From Patescibacteria group bacterium (GTDB lineage: Bacteria > Patescibacteriota > Minisyncoccia > Phycocordibacterales > UBA9973): a stretch of DNA of 54,015 nucleotides. The stretch covers positions 1 to 54,015 of the forward strand of contig JBBTYN010000001.1 of the NCBI GenBank assembly GCA_038061755.1. Direction: 5' to 3'. Positions 26,130-34,594 of this stretch are shown piece after piece. The translations under genes and the position numbers were made by a program. Numbering within the stretch: the first letter of the stretch is position 1; each line of letters begins with the position of its first letter. The notes under the pieces were generated by a model. It did not search any database, was not told the DNA's origin, and worked only from the letters and a program-made list of their open reading frames with translations.

Positions 26130-27266
26130 ATGAGCAGAAAATCTTGGATTTTTTTAATAGTTGCAATATTTTTATTTATACTTTTTTTTGTATTTTCAGA
26201 ATTTTTTAGCAGTACAGTATCTTATAGTAAAACTGAACAGGAGATAATTACAGATATTAAAAAAAGTATACTATTTATTCAGCCACTTGATACTGTGGCT
26301 TATGATAAGAAATTAAATGAAATAGCGAATAATCCTCCTGATCCTATTGTTTACGACACAGTTAAAATTACTGAAAAAGACGAGAATGGAAAGTTAATAA
26401 TTAAAACTATCAAAGTCCCTGTTTCGCCTCAGCCGATTCAAACTCATCTTTGGCCGGTGGAAACCGTTTATCCCAATGCTGGCGCTCTTTTACCATTCAA
26501 TCGCATTGTCGCTTATTATGGAAATTTACTTTCGAAGGGTATGGGAGTTTTAGGACAATACCCAGAGGAAGAAATGCTTGGAAAATTAAAAGTAGAAGTT
26601 GAAAAATGGAATATAGCTGACCCAATCACTCCGGTTGTTCCTGCTCTTCACTATATTGCTGTGGTGGCGCAAGAGAGTGCCGGGAATAGTGGCAAGTATC
26701 GATTGAGAATGCCGGATACCGAAATAGACAAAGTATTGGCCATGGCGGCAAAAATAAATGCTATTGTTTTTTTAGATATTCAGGTTGGTTTTTCTATTGT
26801 GGAGGAAGAGATTCCATTGTTGGAAAAATATTTGAAAATGCCCCAAGTGCATTTAGGTATTGATCCGGAATTTTCCATGAAAGGCACTATAAGACCGGGG
26901 AAAGTTGTAGGAATTTTAGATGCGGCTGATATAAATTTTGCATCAAATTATTTAGCTAATCTTGTGCGAGAAAATAACCTCACTCCAAAAATTCTAATTA
27001 TTCATCGTTATACACAAAAAATGGTTACTAATTACAAACAAATTAAGACTTTACCAGAAGTGCAGATTGTGATGCATATGGATGGTTGGGGAGTGCAAGC
27101 GAAGAAAATAAATACCTATCAGCAATTTATCTACAAAGAACCTGTGCAGTTTACCGGATTTAAATTATTCTACAAAAATGACACCTTAAATCCGGGTACA
27201 GTGCTAATGACACCAGCTAGTCTTTTGAAATTAAATCCCCAGCCAATATATATACAATATCAGTAG
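26130..27266 (+). CDS. Hypothetical membrane-anchored extracytoplasmic protein
   Basis: N-terminal TM segment and a long conserved-looking C-terminal domain. I recognised no motif. Confidence 0.6.
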   Translation: MSRKSWIFLIVAIFLFILFFVFSEFFSSTVSYSKTEQEIITDIKKSILFIQPLDTVAYDKKLNEIANNPPDPIVYDTVKITEKDENGKLIIKTIKVPVSPQPIQTHLWPVETVYPNAGALLPFNRIVAYYGNLLSKGMGVLGQYPEEEMLGKLKVEVEKWNIADPITPVVPALHYIAVVAQESAGNSGKYRLRMPDTEIDKVLAMAAKINAIVFLDIQVGFSIVEEEIPLLEKYLKMPQVHLGIDPEFSMKGTIRPGKVVGILDAADINFASNYLANLVRENNLTPKILIIHRYTQKMVTNYKQIKTLPEVQIVMHMDGWGVQAKKINTYQQFIYKEPVQFTGFKLFYKNDTLNPGTVLMTPASLLKLNPQPIYIQYQ

Positions 27267-27287
27267 GGTATATGATATAATATAAAT

Positions 27288-27530
27288 ATGAGAATAGGTA
27301 AAGAACCAGCACCACAAAAAGGGCAACAAGAACGTTTTGATTTTGAGGATGATTTAAAAGATATTGAAAAAGCTTATTTTGATTATACCCCGAAAGAAAG
27401 AATGACATTAATAGAAAGGATTCGCGATAAACTAAAAAAAGACAAGCCACTTACAAAGAGACAAAAAAAGTTTTTAGAGAAAGATGCAGCTTTTTTTGGA
27501 CAAGATGATCAAGATCGACACAGATACTAA
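27288..27530 (+). CDS. Small charged hypothetical protein
   Basis: 80-aa ORF in the operon frame, 2 nt from dgkA. No motif recognised. Confidence 0.45.
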   Translation: MRIGKEPAPQKGQQERFDFEDDLKDIEKAYFDYTPKERMTLIERIRDKLKKDKPLTKRQKKFLEKDAAFFGQDDQDRHRY

Positions 27531-27532
27531 AT

Positions 27533-27919
27533 ATGGATTCTCAAAAAGAACAAAATACTTGGAAAGAAGTTAGACATAAACAAAGATTTTTAAATGCTTT
27601 TCGAGGGATGCATGTTTTTTGGATGACGACAAATAATTTATTTAGATATGTATCTTCCATCGCAATTTTGCTAGTGGTAATTTTAGGATTTTATTTTTAT
27701 ATTTCTAATATCGAATGGATTGCATTAGTGTTTGCTATAGGTTTTGTCTTAGTTTCGGAGGCATTTAATACAGCGATTGAAATAGATATTGATTTAACTT
27801 CTCCAGAGTATCATCCTTATGCGAGAGATACAAAAGACGTAGCAGCTGCAGCAGTATTATTATCTATATTCGTTTCTATTATTATTGGGCTTATAATCTT
27901 CTTGCCTAAAATTTTTTAA
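27533..27919 (+). CDS. dgkA: Prokaryotic diacylglycerol/undecaprenol kinase family protein
   Basis: SEAFNTAIE and AKD-like TKDVAAAAVLL motifs; 3 TM segments. Confidence 0.8.
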   Translation: MDSQKEQNTWKEVRHKQRFLNAFRGMHVFWMTTNNLFRYVSSIAILLVVILGFYFYISNIEWIALVFAIGFVLVSEAFNTAIEIDIDLTSPEYHPYARDTKDVAAAAVLLSIFVSIIIGLIIFLPKIF

Positions 27920-27937
27920 ATTGGTAAAATTTAACCT

Positions 27938-28327
27938 ATGAATAATAATGTAAAAATTTTTATTTTAATAATTGGTTTTTTAATTTTAGGAACAGTGGGC
28001 ACTGTTTTACTTCAATCAAACAGTGTTTCTTCAGGTCCTGGTAAATATGATGGTTTTGCAACTTGTTTAAAAGACAAAGGCGCAGTTTTTTACGGAGCTT
28101 TCTGGTGTACTCATTGTCAATCACAAAAGAAACTTTTTGGTTCGTCTCAAAAATTATTGCCATATGTTGAATGTTCTAGTCTTGATGGACAAAGTCAATT
28201 ACAAATATGTAAAGATAAGAAAATAACAGGTTATCCAACTTGGACATTTGCCGATGGGACAAGTCTTAATGGAGAGATTCCACTACAACAATTAGCCGAT
28301 AAAACTTCTTGTGTGTTGCCTCAATAG
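27938..28327 (+). CDS. Exported thioredoxin-fold thiol-disulfide oxidoreductase (VKOR-partner-like)
   Basis: Signal anchor, FYGAFWCTHCQSQKKLFG (CxxC) and GYPTW. Confidence 0.7.
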   Translation: MNNNVKIFILIIGFLILGTVGTVLLQSNSVSSGPGKYDGFATCLKDKGAVFYGAFWCTHCQSQKKLFGSSQKLLPYVECSSLDGQSQLQICKDKKITGYPTWTFADGTSLNGEIPLQQLADKTSCVLPQ

Positions 28328-28432
28328 TTATATTATTAGTTAACTAATTAATTTTATGGGAAAAGGAAATAATGCATACCGAAAAGATGTGAAAAAACCT
28401 AAAAAGGACAAAAAGAAATAATCGAAACAGAA

Positions 28433-29041
28433 ATGTTACGATTTACAAAAAAAGAACTTTCTTTAATGCGGAAATTAAACACCCCAACCAAGGTACAGGA
28501 TTTTGTTAATAGGCTTTCTTTTAATTTTGAAAAAGGTGGGGAAACGTTAAAATCTCCAATTTTAACATTAAGAGCGCGAAAGGCGCATTGTTTTGAGGGA
28601 GCAATGCTCGGCGCTTATATTTTGTCTTTACATGGTTTTACGCCTTATTTGATGTATTTGAAAGCAATAAAAGGAGATTATGATCACGTTATTGTTCCAT
28701 TTAAAGTTAATGGATTTTGGGGTGCATTATCAAAAACCAATCATGCAGTTTTGCGTTATCGTGAGCCGGTGTATAAAAGTATTCGCGAGCTTGCGTTGTC
28801 CTATTTTCATGAATATTTTTTAAACAACGGGCAGAAGACCTTGCGACAATATTCTGCGCTTTTAAATTTAAATACTTTTAAAAAAGATTGGGTGGCGATG
28901 GACGGTAATCTTTGGTATATAGATAAAAAGTTGGATAAAGTAAAACATTACGACATTATCCCTAAGTCATATATCAAAAAACTTCGTAAAGCAGATAAGG
29001 TGGAAATCAAGGCGGGGAAGATAGTGGAACAGAGAAGATGA
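28433..29041 (+). CDS. Hypothetical protein, possible Cys-His (transglutaminase-like) fold
   Basis: KAHCFEGAMLGAYIL...YDHVIVPF pattern. This is a weak call. Confidence 0.5.
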   Translation: MLRFTKKELSLMRKLNTPTKVQDFVNRLSFNFEKGGETLKSPILTLRARKAHCFEGAMLGAYILSLHGFTPYLMYLKAIKGDYDHVIVPFKVNGFWGALSKTNHAVLRYREPVYKSIRELALSYFHEYFLNNGQKTLRQYSALLNLNTFKKDWVAMDGNLWYIDKKLDKVKHYDIIPKSYIKKLRKADKVEIKAGKIVEQRR

Positions 29042-29112
29042 TAATATTTGTTTAAAAATCCAAAAATATATTCTAACAATTTTACGATCCAGCCCTTTTT
29101 GGAGTTTCTGTT

Positions 29113-30393
29113 TTATGCCCAATTTTTATTTATTGTTTTCTCTACGAGGATCCTTGGGGACCCATAATATAGTTTATTGAATGTTTCTATGGCTTCTTTT
29201 GTGGCAATTGGAAATTTTGATGTTTTTGGAGGAATACCCATACCAGAAAATGCATTGCTGGTCTTACCATCTATCATTAACTTTATATAGAAACTAAACT
29301 TCGGTAAATTAATAAAGTCTTCAACTACCATTGGTATAAATTCTTTTGACAATATCTCCGCATCTTCTGCACCGACTTCAAAAGAAAGAATTGTACCAAC
29401 ATTACCCAAAACTGCATCTTTAATATTCTCTGGCAACTGAGCTAAATATTGGTTGGTTATATGTACGCCTAATCCATATTTACGTGATTCGCTCAACATA
29501 CTGATGAATGTATCTGTTGTGAAATTCTGAAACTCGTCTACATATAGATAAAATGGCTTGCGATCACTTGATTCTTTATGAGCTCTTTTTAGTATTCCAG
29601 CTTGCAGTTTTGAAAGTATTATAAGCCCGAGCATGTGAGCGTTTATATCGCCAATTTTACCTTTTGAAAGATTAACTAGTAATATCTTTTTGTTATCCAT
29701 TAGGCTTTCAAAATCGAAACTGCTTTTATGCTGTCCTATTATATTACGCATTAGCGTATTATTCATAAATTGTCCAAATTTTGACATAAAATAATTAAGC
29801 ATTTCGCTTTTATGAAAATCTGATGTTTTAGACATTTGTTTTGTCCAGAATTCTATAACCAGAGGATCTGTTAAGTGTTTTCTCTTTTCTATTTCAAAAT
29901 TATGGTCAATAAATAGTTTTGGAATCTCCACAAGACTTCCGCCATCTGGTCCAGCCATGATAGTAAGTGCCGCATTTCTAAGCCAGTGCTCAAACTGGGG
30001 ACCTATAATACCTGTTCTTTGTGGATCAAATAGTTTATAAAATATTTGTATACATTCATTAACCAAAAAATCTTTTTCTATTTCAGAATGAGCTTCCAAT
30101 ATATTAAGTCCGAAGGGGAAATTAATATCGCTTGGATCAAACAAGACCACATCCTCAAGCCTATCTTTGGGAATATTTTCAAGCAACCAATCTATGGATT
30201 CCCCATGTGGATCAATAAAACAAACTCCGTTTTTGTTCTCAATATCTTGCAAGCACATATTCTGGAATATAGTTGATTTACCTACTCCTGTTTTACCTAC
30301 CATGTACATATGTCGTAATCTGTCTTTTTCACCATATTTGATAATGGTTGTTTTGCCGTGATATTTATTTACTCCGATAGTTATATTATTCAT
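29113..30393 (-). CDS. Soluble TraD/VirD4/HerA-FtsK-type P-loop NTPase (DUF87-like)
   Basis: Walker A GKTGVGKST, FIDPHGES, Walker B FYLYVDEFQNF and SESRKYGLGVHITNQ. No TM segment. Confidence 0.8.
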   Translation of the reverse strand: MNNITIGVNKYHGKTTIIKYGEKDRLRHMYMVGKTGVGKSTIFQNMCLQDIENKNGVCFIDPHGESIDWLLENIPKDRLEDVVLFDPSDINFPFGLNILEAHSEIEKDFLVNECIQIFYKLFDPQRTGIIGPQFEHWLRNAALTIMAGPDGGSLVEIPKLFIDHNFEIEKRKHLTDPLVIEFWTKQMSKTSDFHKSEMLNYFMSKFGQFMNNTLMRNIIGQHKSSFDFESLMDNKKILLVNLSKGKIGDINAHMLGLIILSKLQAGILKRAHKESSDRKPFYLYVDEFQNFTTDTFISMLSESRKYGLGVHITNQYLAQLPENIKDAVLGNVGTILSFEVGAEDAEILSKEFIPMVVEDFINLPKFSFYIKLMIDGKTSNAFSGMGIPPKTSKFPIATKEAIETFNKLYYGSPRILVEKTINKNWA

Positions 30394-30398
30394 AGGAT

Positions 30399-30719
30399 TT
30401 ATATATTATTAATGTTTAAAGGTTTCTTATTAAAGTAGTTATCATCTATCACAGGCTTTGCTTCATTGTTAATTTTTTCCTGAATTCGTAATTCATTATT
30501 AGCAACTCCAAGAAGAATTTTATTCTGCTCACTTATCTTATCTATGATAATATCTTTTATTTCCGGGCTTATATAATTAGCTATAGATAAAAGCATTTCG
30601 TTTTCTAATAGAAATATATTATTAACCTGTTTAAGTGAAAGGGAATTACTTGTGCCTTTTTGTTCTTCTCCGCTACTGAAAGAAGTTTCTGTATTTTTTA
30701 GTTTTTCGTCATCGTTCAT
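30399..30719 (-). CDS. Small hypothetical protein (106 aa) of the two-ATPase operon
   Basis: Sits 5 nt and 9 nt from its neighbours on the same strand. No motif recognised. Confidence 0.55.
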   Translation of the reverse strand: MNDDEKLKNTETSFSSGEEQKGTSNSLSLKQVNNIFLLENEMLLSIANYISPEIKDIIIDKISEQNKILLGVANNELRIQEKINNEAKPVIDDNYFNKKPLNINNI

Positions 30720-30728
30720 AAGATTTTA

Positions 30729-32390
30729 TTATTTATTTAATAATGTGTTGACTAATAAAGATTCACAAGTTTCTTCAATAAATCTTTTCACGGGGCGTGC
30801 TCCAAATCTTTCGTCAAGTAGTGGTTTAATTTTTTCTTCTAGTTCTTCTGCGTTTATCTCAAAAGAAACGTTATGCTTAATCAGTCTTTTTTCTACCTTC
30901 TTTATTTCAAGTTTAGCTATGTCTATTAGATTTGGCAGAGTAAGTGGATTAAAAATTAGAATGCTATCAAAACGATTAATGAACTCTAGTCTAAATATTT
31001 TTGCTAACTCAGGAATCATTTTTTCTTGTATAAACTTTGTATCCATAATATCTTCTCTTTTATTAAATGCTTCCAAAATTACACTTACTCCAATATTAGA
31101 AGTTGCCATTATGATGGAATTGCACGCATCCACTGTTTCATTTTGTCCTGATGTTAGTCTGCCATCATCTAGGACCTGCAAAAAGATATCAAAGATCTTT
31201 GGATGTGCTTTTTCTATTTCATCTAATAGTATTAAACAATGGGGTTCTTTCTGTAATGCATTTGTAAGAGCTCCACCACTTTCGTAGCCACTATACCCAG
31301 CAGGAGCTCCTATTAATCTCTGCACAGTATGATCTTGCCCGAATTCTGACATATCAAATCTTATAAAGCTTTCTTTTCTCCCAAACATAATTTCAGAAAT
31401 TAATTTGGCAGTTTCAGTCTTTCCAACCCCAGATGGTCCTAATATTAAAAAAGATCCCAATGGCTTGTTTGGATTTCTTACTCCTAATTTTGCTCTTTGC
31501 AGTGTTTGTATTATTTTATTGACTGGTTTAGTTTGATTAATAATTTTAGAGTTCAATGTTTGATTTAAATTTTTTAATATTTCTATTTCGTTTCCGCTAA
31601 GTTGCATTTTTGGTATGCCTATTTTACTAGAAATGATATTAGAGATTATTTCATCCGTTAAAATTTTTTCATTCATAGATTTGGTAAGCACAATTCCTTC
31701 ATCCATAAGGCTAATAGCCGCCTGTGGTAGTTGCCCCAAACTTGGAAATTTCTCTACATAAGAAATAATATCTTGCATTACCACTGAAGAAACAATAATT
31801 TTATGATCTTTGTTTAGTTGTGCTAATTTACTTTCCAATATTTGAATTTGTTCAAAATTATTCTGCTTTTTCAATCTAACTGTTTCAAACACTTTTATGA
31901 ATGCCGGATACTCACGTTCTATAAAGTTATATTCTTTTGGTTCCATAGTAAGAATTACCTTAACTTCAGGATTTTTAAGAACGTCATAATATAACCTGGC
32001 TATATTTTGTAATAGGCTTGGATTTCCATATACGCTTCTGCCAAAGTTATCAATGAATAAAATACAAGAAGGTAATTCGCTCATTACGTTTTTAAAATAA
32101 ATTCCTTCTTCACTTCCACTATCAAACCTAAATAAATGTTCATTACCTAACTGAACAAAGCTTAATTGCTTATATTTATCTTGCTTAATCATCCTTTCAA
32201 CCCATCCATATATAAGATTTGTTTTACCTGTACCACTTAAGCCAACTATAACTATGTTGTTATTAATGCTTCGATTCGCAATTCTAGTTAATCGATCCAT
32301 CTCTTCCATTCTTCCCACAACTTTCGGAAATTTACCCAAAGAAATTTCTTCTCGTAAGTCGTGATATTCAGTTTTTTTGAAAGTTTTCAT
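30729..32390 (-). CDS. Minimal double-AAA+ Clp/Hsp100-like ATPase (no N-domain, no M-domain)
   Basis: D1: GLSGTGKT with ILFIDNF. D2: GPSGVGKTETAK, LILLDEIEKAHPKIFDIFLQVLDDGRLT and IIMATSN. Only 553 aa. Confidence 0.85.
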   Translation of the reverse strand: MKTFKKTEYHDLREEISLGKFPKVVGRMEEMDRLTRIANRSINNNIVIVGLSGTGKTNLIYGWVERMIKQDKYKQLSFVQLGNEHLFRFDSGSEEGIYFKNVMSELPSCILFIDNFGRSVYGNPSLLQNIARLYYDVLKNPEVKVILTMEPKEYNFIEREYPAFIKVFETVRLKKQNNFEQIQILESKLAQLNKDHKIIVSSVVMQDIISYVEKFPSLGQLPQAAISLMDEGIVLTKSMNEKILTDEIISNIISSKIGIPKMQLSGNEIEILKNLNQTLNSKIINQTKPVNKIIQTLQRAKLGVRNPNKPLGSFLILGPSGVGKTETAKLISEIMFGRKESFIRFDMSEFGQDHTVQRLIGAPAGYSGYESGGALTNALQKEPHCLILLDEIEKAHPKIFDIFLQVLDDGRLTSGQNETVDACNSIIMATSNIGVSVILEAFNKREDIMDTKFIQEKMIPELAKIFRLEFINRFDSILIFNPLTLPNLIDIAKLEIKKVEKRLIKHNVSFEINAEELEEKIKPLLDERFGARPVKRFIEETCESLLVNTLLNK

Positions 32391-32399
32391 TTATTTATT

Positions 32400-33875
32400 T
32401 TAGGCTACTATTTTTAATGTTATTCCATTTAAATTCCTTTGTTGGTATATACTAGGAATTGATTTTATTGATTTAGTTTCTTGTTCTTCTTGGTTTATAT
32501 TTGGAACTGATCGAGAGTTTGCTGGTTCAGCGTTTCTTAACTCTGTTGTATTTTGAGATATTCCGAGAATCTGTAATAAAATCTCATGACCGTTGAGAAG
32601 TTTAGCTTTTAAGTTTTCCTCTGTAATTAGTTTTTCCTCTATTAGTTTTTCTAAAGATATTGGAGCTTCATTTCTTATAATATTATTAACTTCGTTTCTG
32701 TTTATACTTAATACGATAGCTTCCACCTTATCCCCTTTGGGTTTTTCTACTGCTATAGTTTTTGCTATTATTGGTGCTGTTTTAACTTCTGTCGCTTTTG
32801 CTTCAATTACTACCACCGGGGTTTCTGTTGTAGCAATTGGTATTTCCACTTTAGTGGTCACCACTTTTTCGCTTGGAACTTCTTCTGCAACAGGAGCTGT
32901 TATTTCTTTCTCTCTTGCTTCCTCCACCACTGCTGGTATTTCTGCTGTTTCATTTGTTATTGTCTCAACTGTTACAGCAGCAATTGGTATTTCTATATTC
33001 AGAATAGATTGTGCCAACGGCTCCTCAGTTATTTGTATTTGCTCTGCTGTCGTAACAGTTTGTTCTGGCTCTTTATTTTCCGGCTCATCTCTTAATAATT
33101 CAATAATTCTGTCTTCCAGTGTCGTTGCTTGGTGCTCTCTATTATCTATCGTTCTATCTACTGCTATTTGTGCCGTATCTAAATGGTTAATTTCAGTTTG
33201 TATCACAATATTTTCTGTATCCTGAATAGTTAAAGTTTCAGTTCTTTCAGCACTTTGTTCGCTGACTGCTTCTAGTCCTGTCAATAAAGATTCTACTATC
33301 ACTGCTTCTTTATCTACTTCTTCTTGTTTGTCTATATCTATACTTAGTTCCAAATTCAAAGTTGCTTCTTCCAGTTTTGACCCCTCTACTTTATCGATTG
33401 GTTTTTCTTCTTCCCCTTCTTCCTTTTCCGTATATGATCTAATTTCATATTTTAGATTTCCCTCGCTGTCCATTCTTGCAGCTGTGAAATATGTGGTTTT
33501 TCCTTCTACGTGATCTAGCAACATCATGGACTGTTCTGGATTAGCAATAAGAGTGGTAAGCAGATCCACCTGTGCAGTCTTTTGTTCTTCAGTTAGTGTG
33601 GAAAGCACAAAAGTTCCTTCATATTCAAGTTTAAACTCTTCACTGCCTCCACGATTGGCTGTAATAAACTGGCTCAAAGTTTCTTCTTTTTCTTCTATCT
33701 TTTCGTCTTCAATGCTTTTTTCTTCTTTTTTTTCACCTATTACAGCTTCTTGTTCGTTGTTATTTTCATGTTCTTGATTATTAGTATCATATTCAAAATT
33801 TTCACCAAAATCTACTTCAGTTTCTTCAACATCTATCTCACTCATTACTTCTTCATTTGTATCAAATGTATCCAT
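32400..33875 (-). CDS. Hyper-acidic Glu/Thr/Ile-rich low-complexity protein (491 aa)
   Basis: First gene of the operon, with no signal peptide or TM segment. The N-terminal block FKLEYEGTFVLSTL...KYEIRSY is followed by an E-rich region. Confidence 0.7.
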   Translation of the reverse strand: MDTFDTNEEVMSEIDVEETEVDFGENFEYDTNNQEHENNNEQEAVIGEKKEEKSIEDEKIEEKEETLSQFITANRGGSEEFKLEYEGTFVLSTLTEEQKTAQVDLLTTLIANPEQSMMLLDHVEGKTTYFTAARMDSEGNLKYEIRSYTEKEEGEEEKPIDKVEGSKLEEATLNLELSIDIDKQEEVDKEAVIVESLLTGLEAVSEQSAERTETLTIQDTENIVIQTEINHLDTAQIAVDRTIDNREHQATTLEDRIIELLRDEPENKEPEQTVTTAEQIQITEEPLAQSILNIEIPIAAVTVETITNETAEIPAVVEEAREKEITAPVAEEVPSEKVVTTKVEIPIATTETPVVVIEAKATEVKTAPIIAKTIAVEKPKGDKVEAIVLSINRNEVNNIIRNEAPISLEKLIEEKLITEENLKAKLLNGHEILLQILGISQNTTELRNAEPANSRSVPNINQEEQETKSIKSIPSIYQQRNLNGITLKIVA

Positions 33876-33904
33876 AGAAACAATTAATAAATAAAAACAA
33901 AAAA

Positions 33905-34129
33905 AATCCTGCTCAGGCAGAATTTTGGATCCTTCAAATAAATATATAAATAAAGGTTATCCTGCTCGGGACACGTAAAATGATTGGTAGTCGGACTTGT
34001 TCCTTACACCTATTGGTGTTTAGGACTTACCGTAGCGGCACTGTACTGGAATCTAACCAGTTTCCCCAATCATTTATTTTAATTTTCAAGCGAACTTCTT
34101 TAGTATATACTTACTTTATATTATGTCAA
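33905..34129 (-). promoter_or_regulatory. Candidate promoter plus structured 5' leader (attenuator/riboswitch-like) of the four-gene operon
   Basis: On the minus strand: TTGACA (34129-34124), 16 nt, TATACT (34107-34102). A relatively GC-rich core is closed by a 10-bp helix, 34075-34066 with 33987-33978. Duplicated GAGCAGGAT boxes sit around a hairpin plus U-tract. Confidence 0.3.
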
Positions 34130-34581
34130 AGAAGAATGTGGATATTAAAAAAACAACAGGAAAGAGGCGAACAAGGATAATGATATTTGGAACTTTTGAT
34201 GGTTTGCATCCTGGTCATATTGATTTTTTTAAACAGGCAAAAAATTTCATCAAAAATTCATTTTTAATTGTTTCAATAGCTAGAGATAAAAATGTTAAAA
34301 GAATAAAGGGGGAATATCCCATTAGAAATGAACGAGAAAGAATGATTTTAGTAAAAAAAAGCAAGCTAGCAGATAAAGTGGTTTTGGCAGGCAAGGTAAA
34401 ATATTTACCCCATATATTGAAAGAAAAAATAGATATTATCGCTCTTGGTTACGATCAAAAAGCTTATGTACAAGAACTTAAAAAAGATTTGAAAAATAAA
34501 GGTATTTTTGTAAAAATTGTGCGTTTAAAATCTCATAAAGAGAAAATTTATAAGAATCACTTGCTAAAAATTAAAAGATAA
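34123..34581 (+). CDS. Cytidylyltransferase-fold nucleotidyltransferase (TagD/RibL-like)
   Basis: GTFDGLHPGHIDFF (HxGH) motif. The true start may be the ATG at 34180 (MIFGTFD...). Confidence 0.75.
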   Translation: MSKKNVDIKKTTGKRRTRIMIFGTFDGLHPGHIDFFKQAKNFIKNSFLIVSIARDKNVKRIKGEYPIRNERERMILVKKSKLADKVVLAGKVKYLPHILKEKIDIIALGYDQKAYVQELKKDLKNKGIFVKIVRLKSHKEKIYKNHLLKIKR

Positions 34582-34594
34582 ATATAATAGAAAT

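Noticed and set aside
28356-28421. 21-codon Lys-rich micro-ORF MGKGNNAYRKDVKKPKKDKKK in the spacer before 28433
   Set aside because: It has no Shine-Dalgarno sequence and is too short to evaluate without conservation data. It is possibly real, but unsupported from sequence alone.
30652-33777. Long plus-strand ORFs (30652-31287, 32593-33225, 33328-33513, 33526-33777) rich in Ser/Phe/Ile
   Set aside because: They are mirror images of the GAA/AAA-rich minus-strand genes. Their low-complexity S/F composition is what antisense translation of Glu/Lys-rich coding sequence produces.
33978-34075. Assignment of the structured element to SRP RNA, 6S RNA, tmRNA or the FMN/TPP riboswitch classes
   Set aside because: It has no GGAA/GNRA-capped helix 8 with the AGCAGC motif, no tRNA-like end, and none of the FMN or TPP consensus blocks I can recall. 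It is kept only as an unclassified candidate leader.
33980-34180. 66-aa plus-strand ORF covering the structured spacer
   Set aside because: It has no Shine-Dalgarno sequence, overlaps the GC-rich RNA-like element, and has an odd composition.
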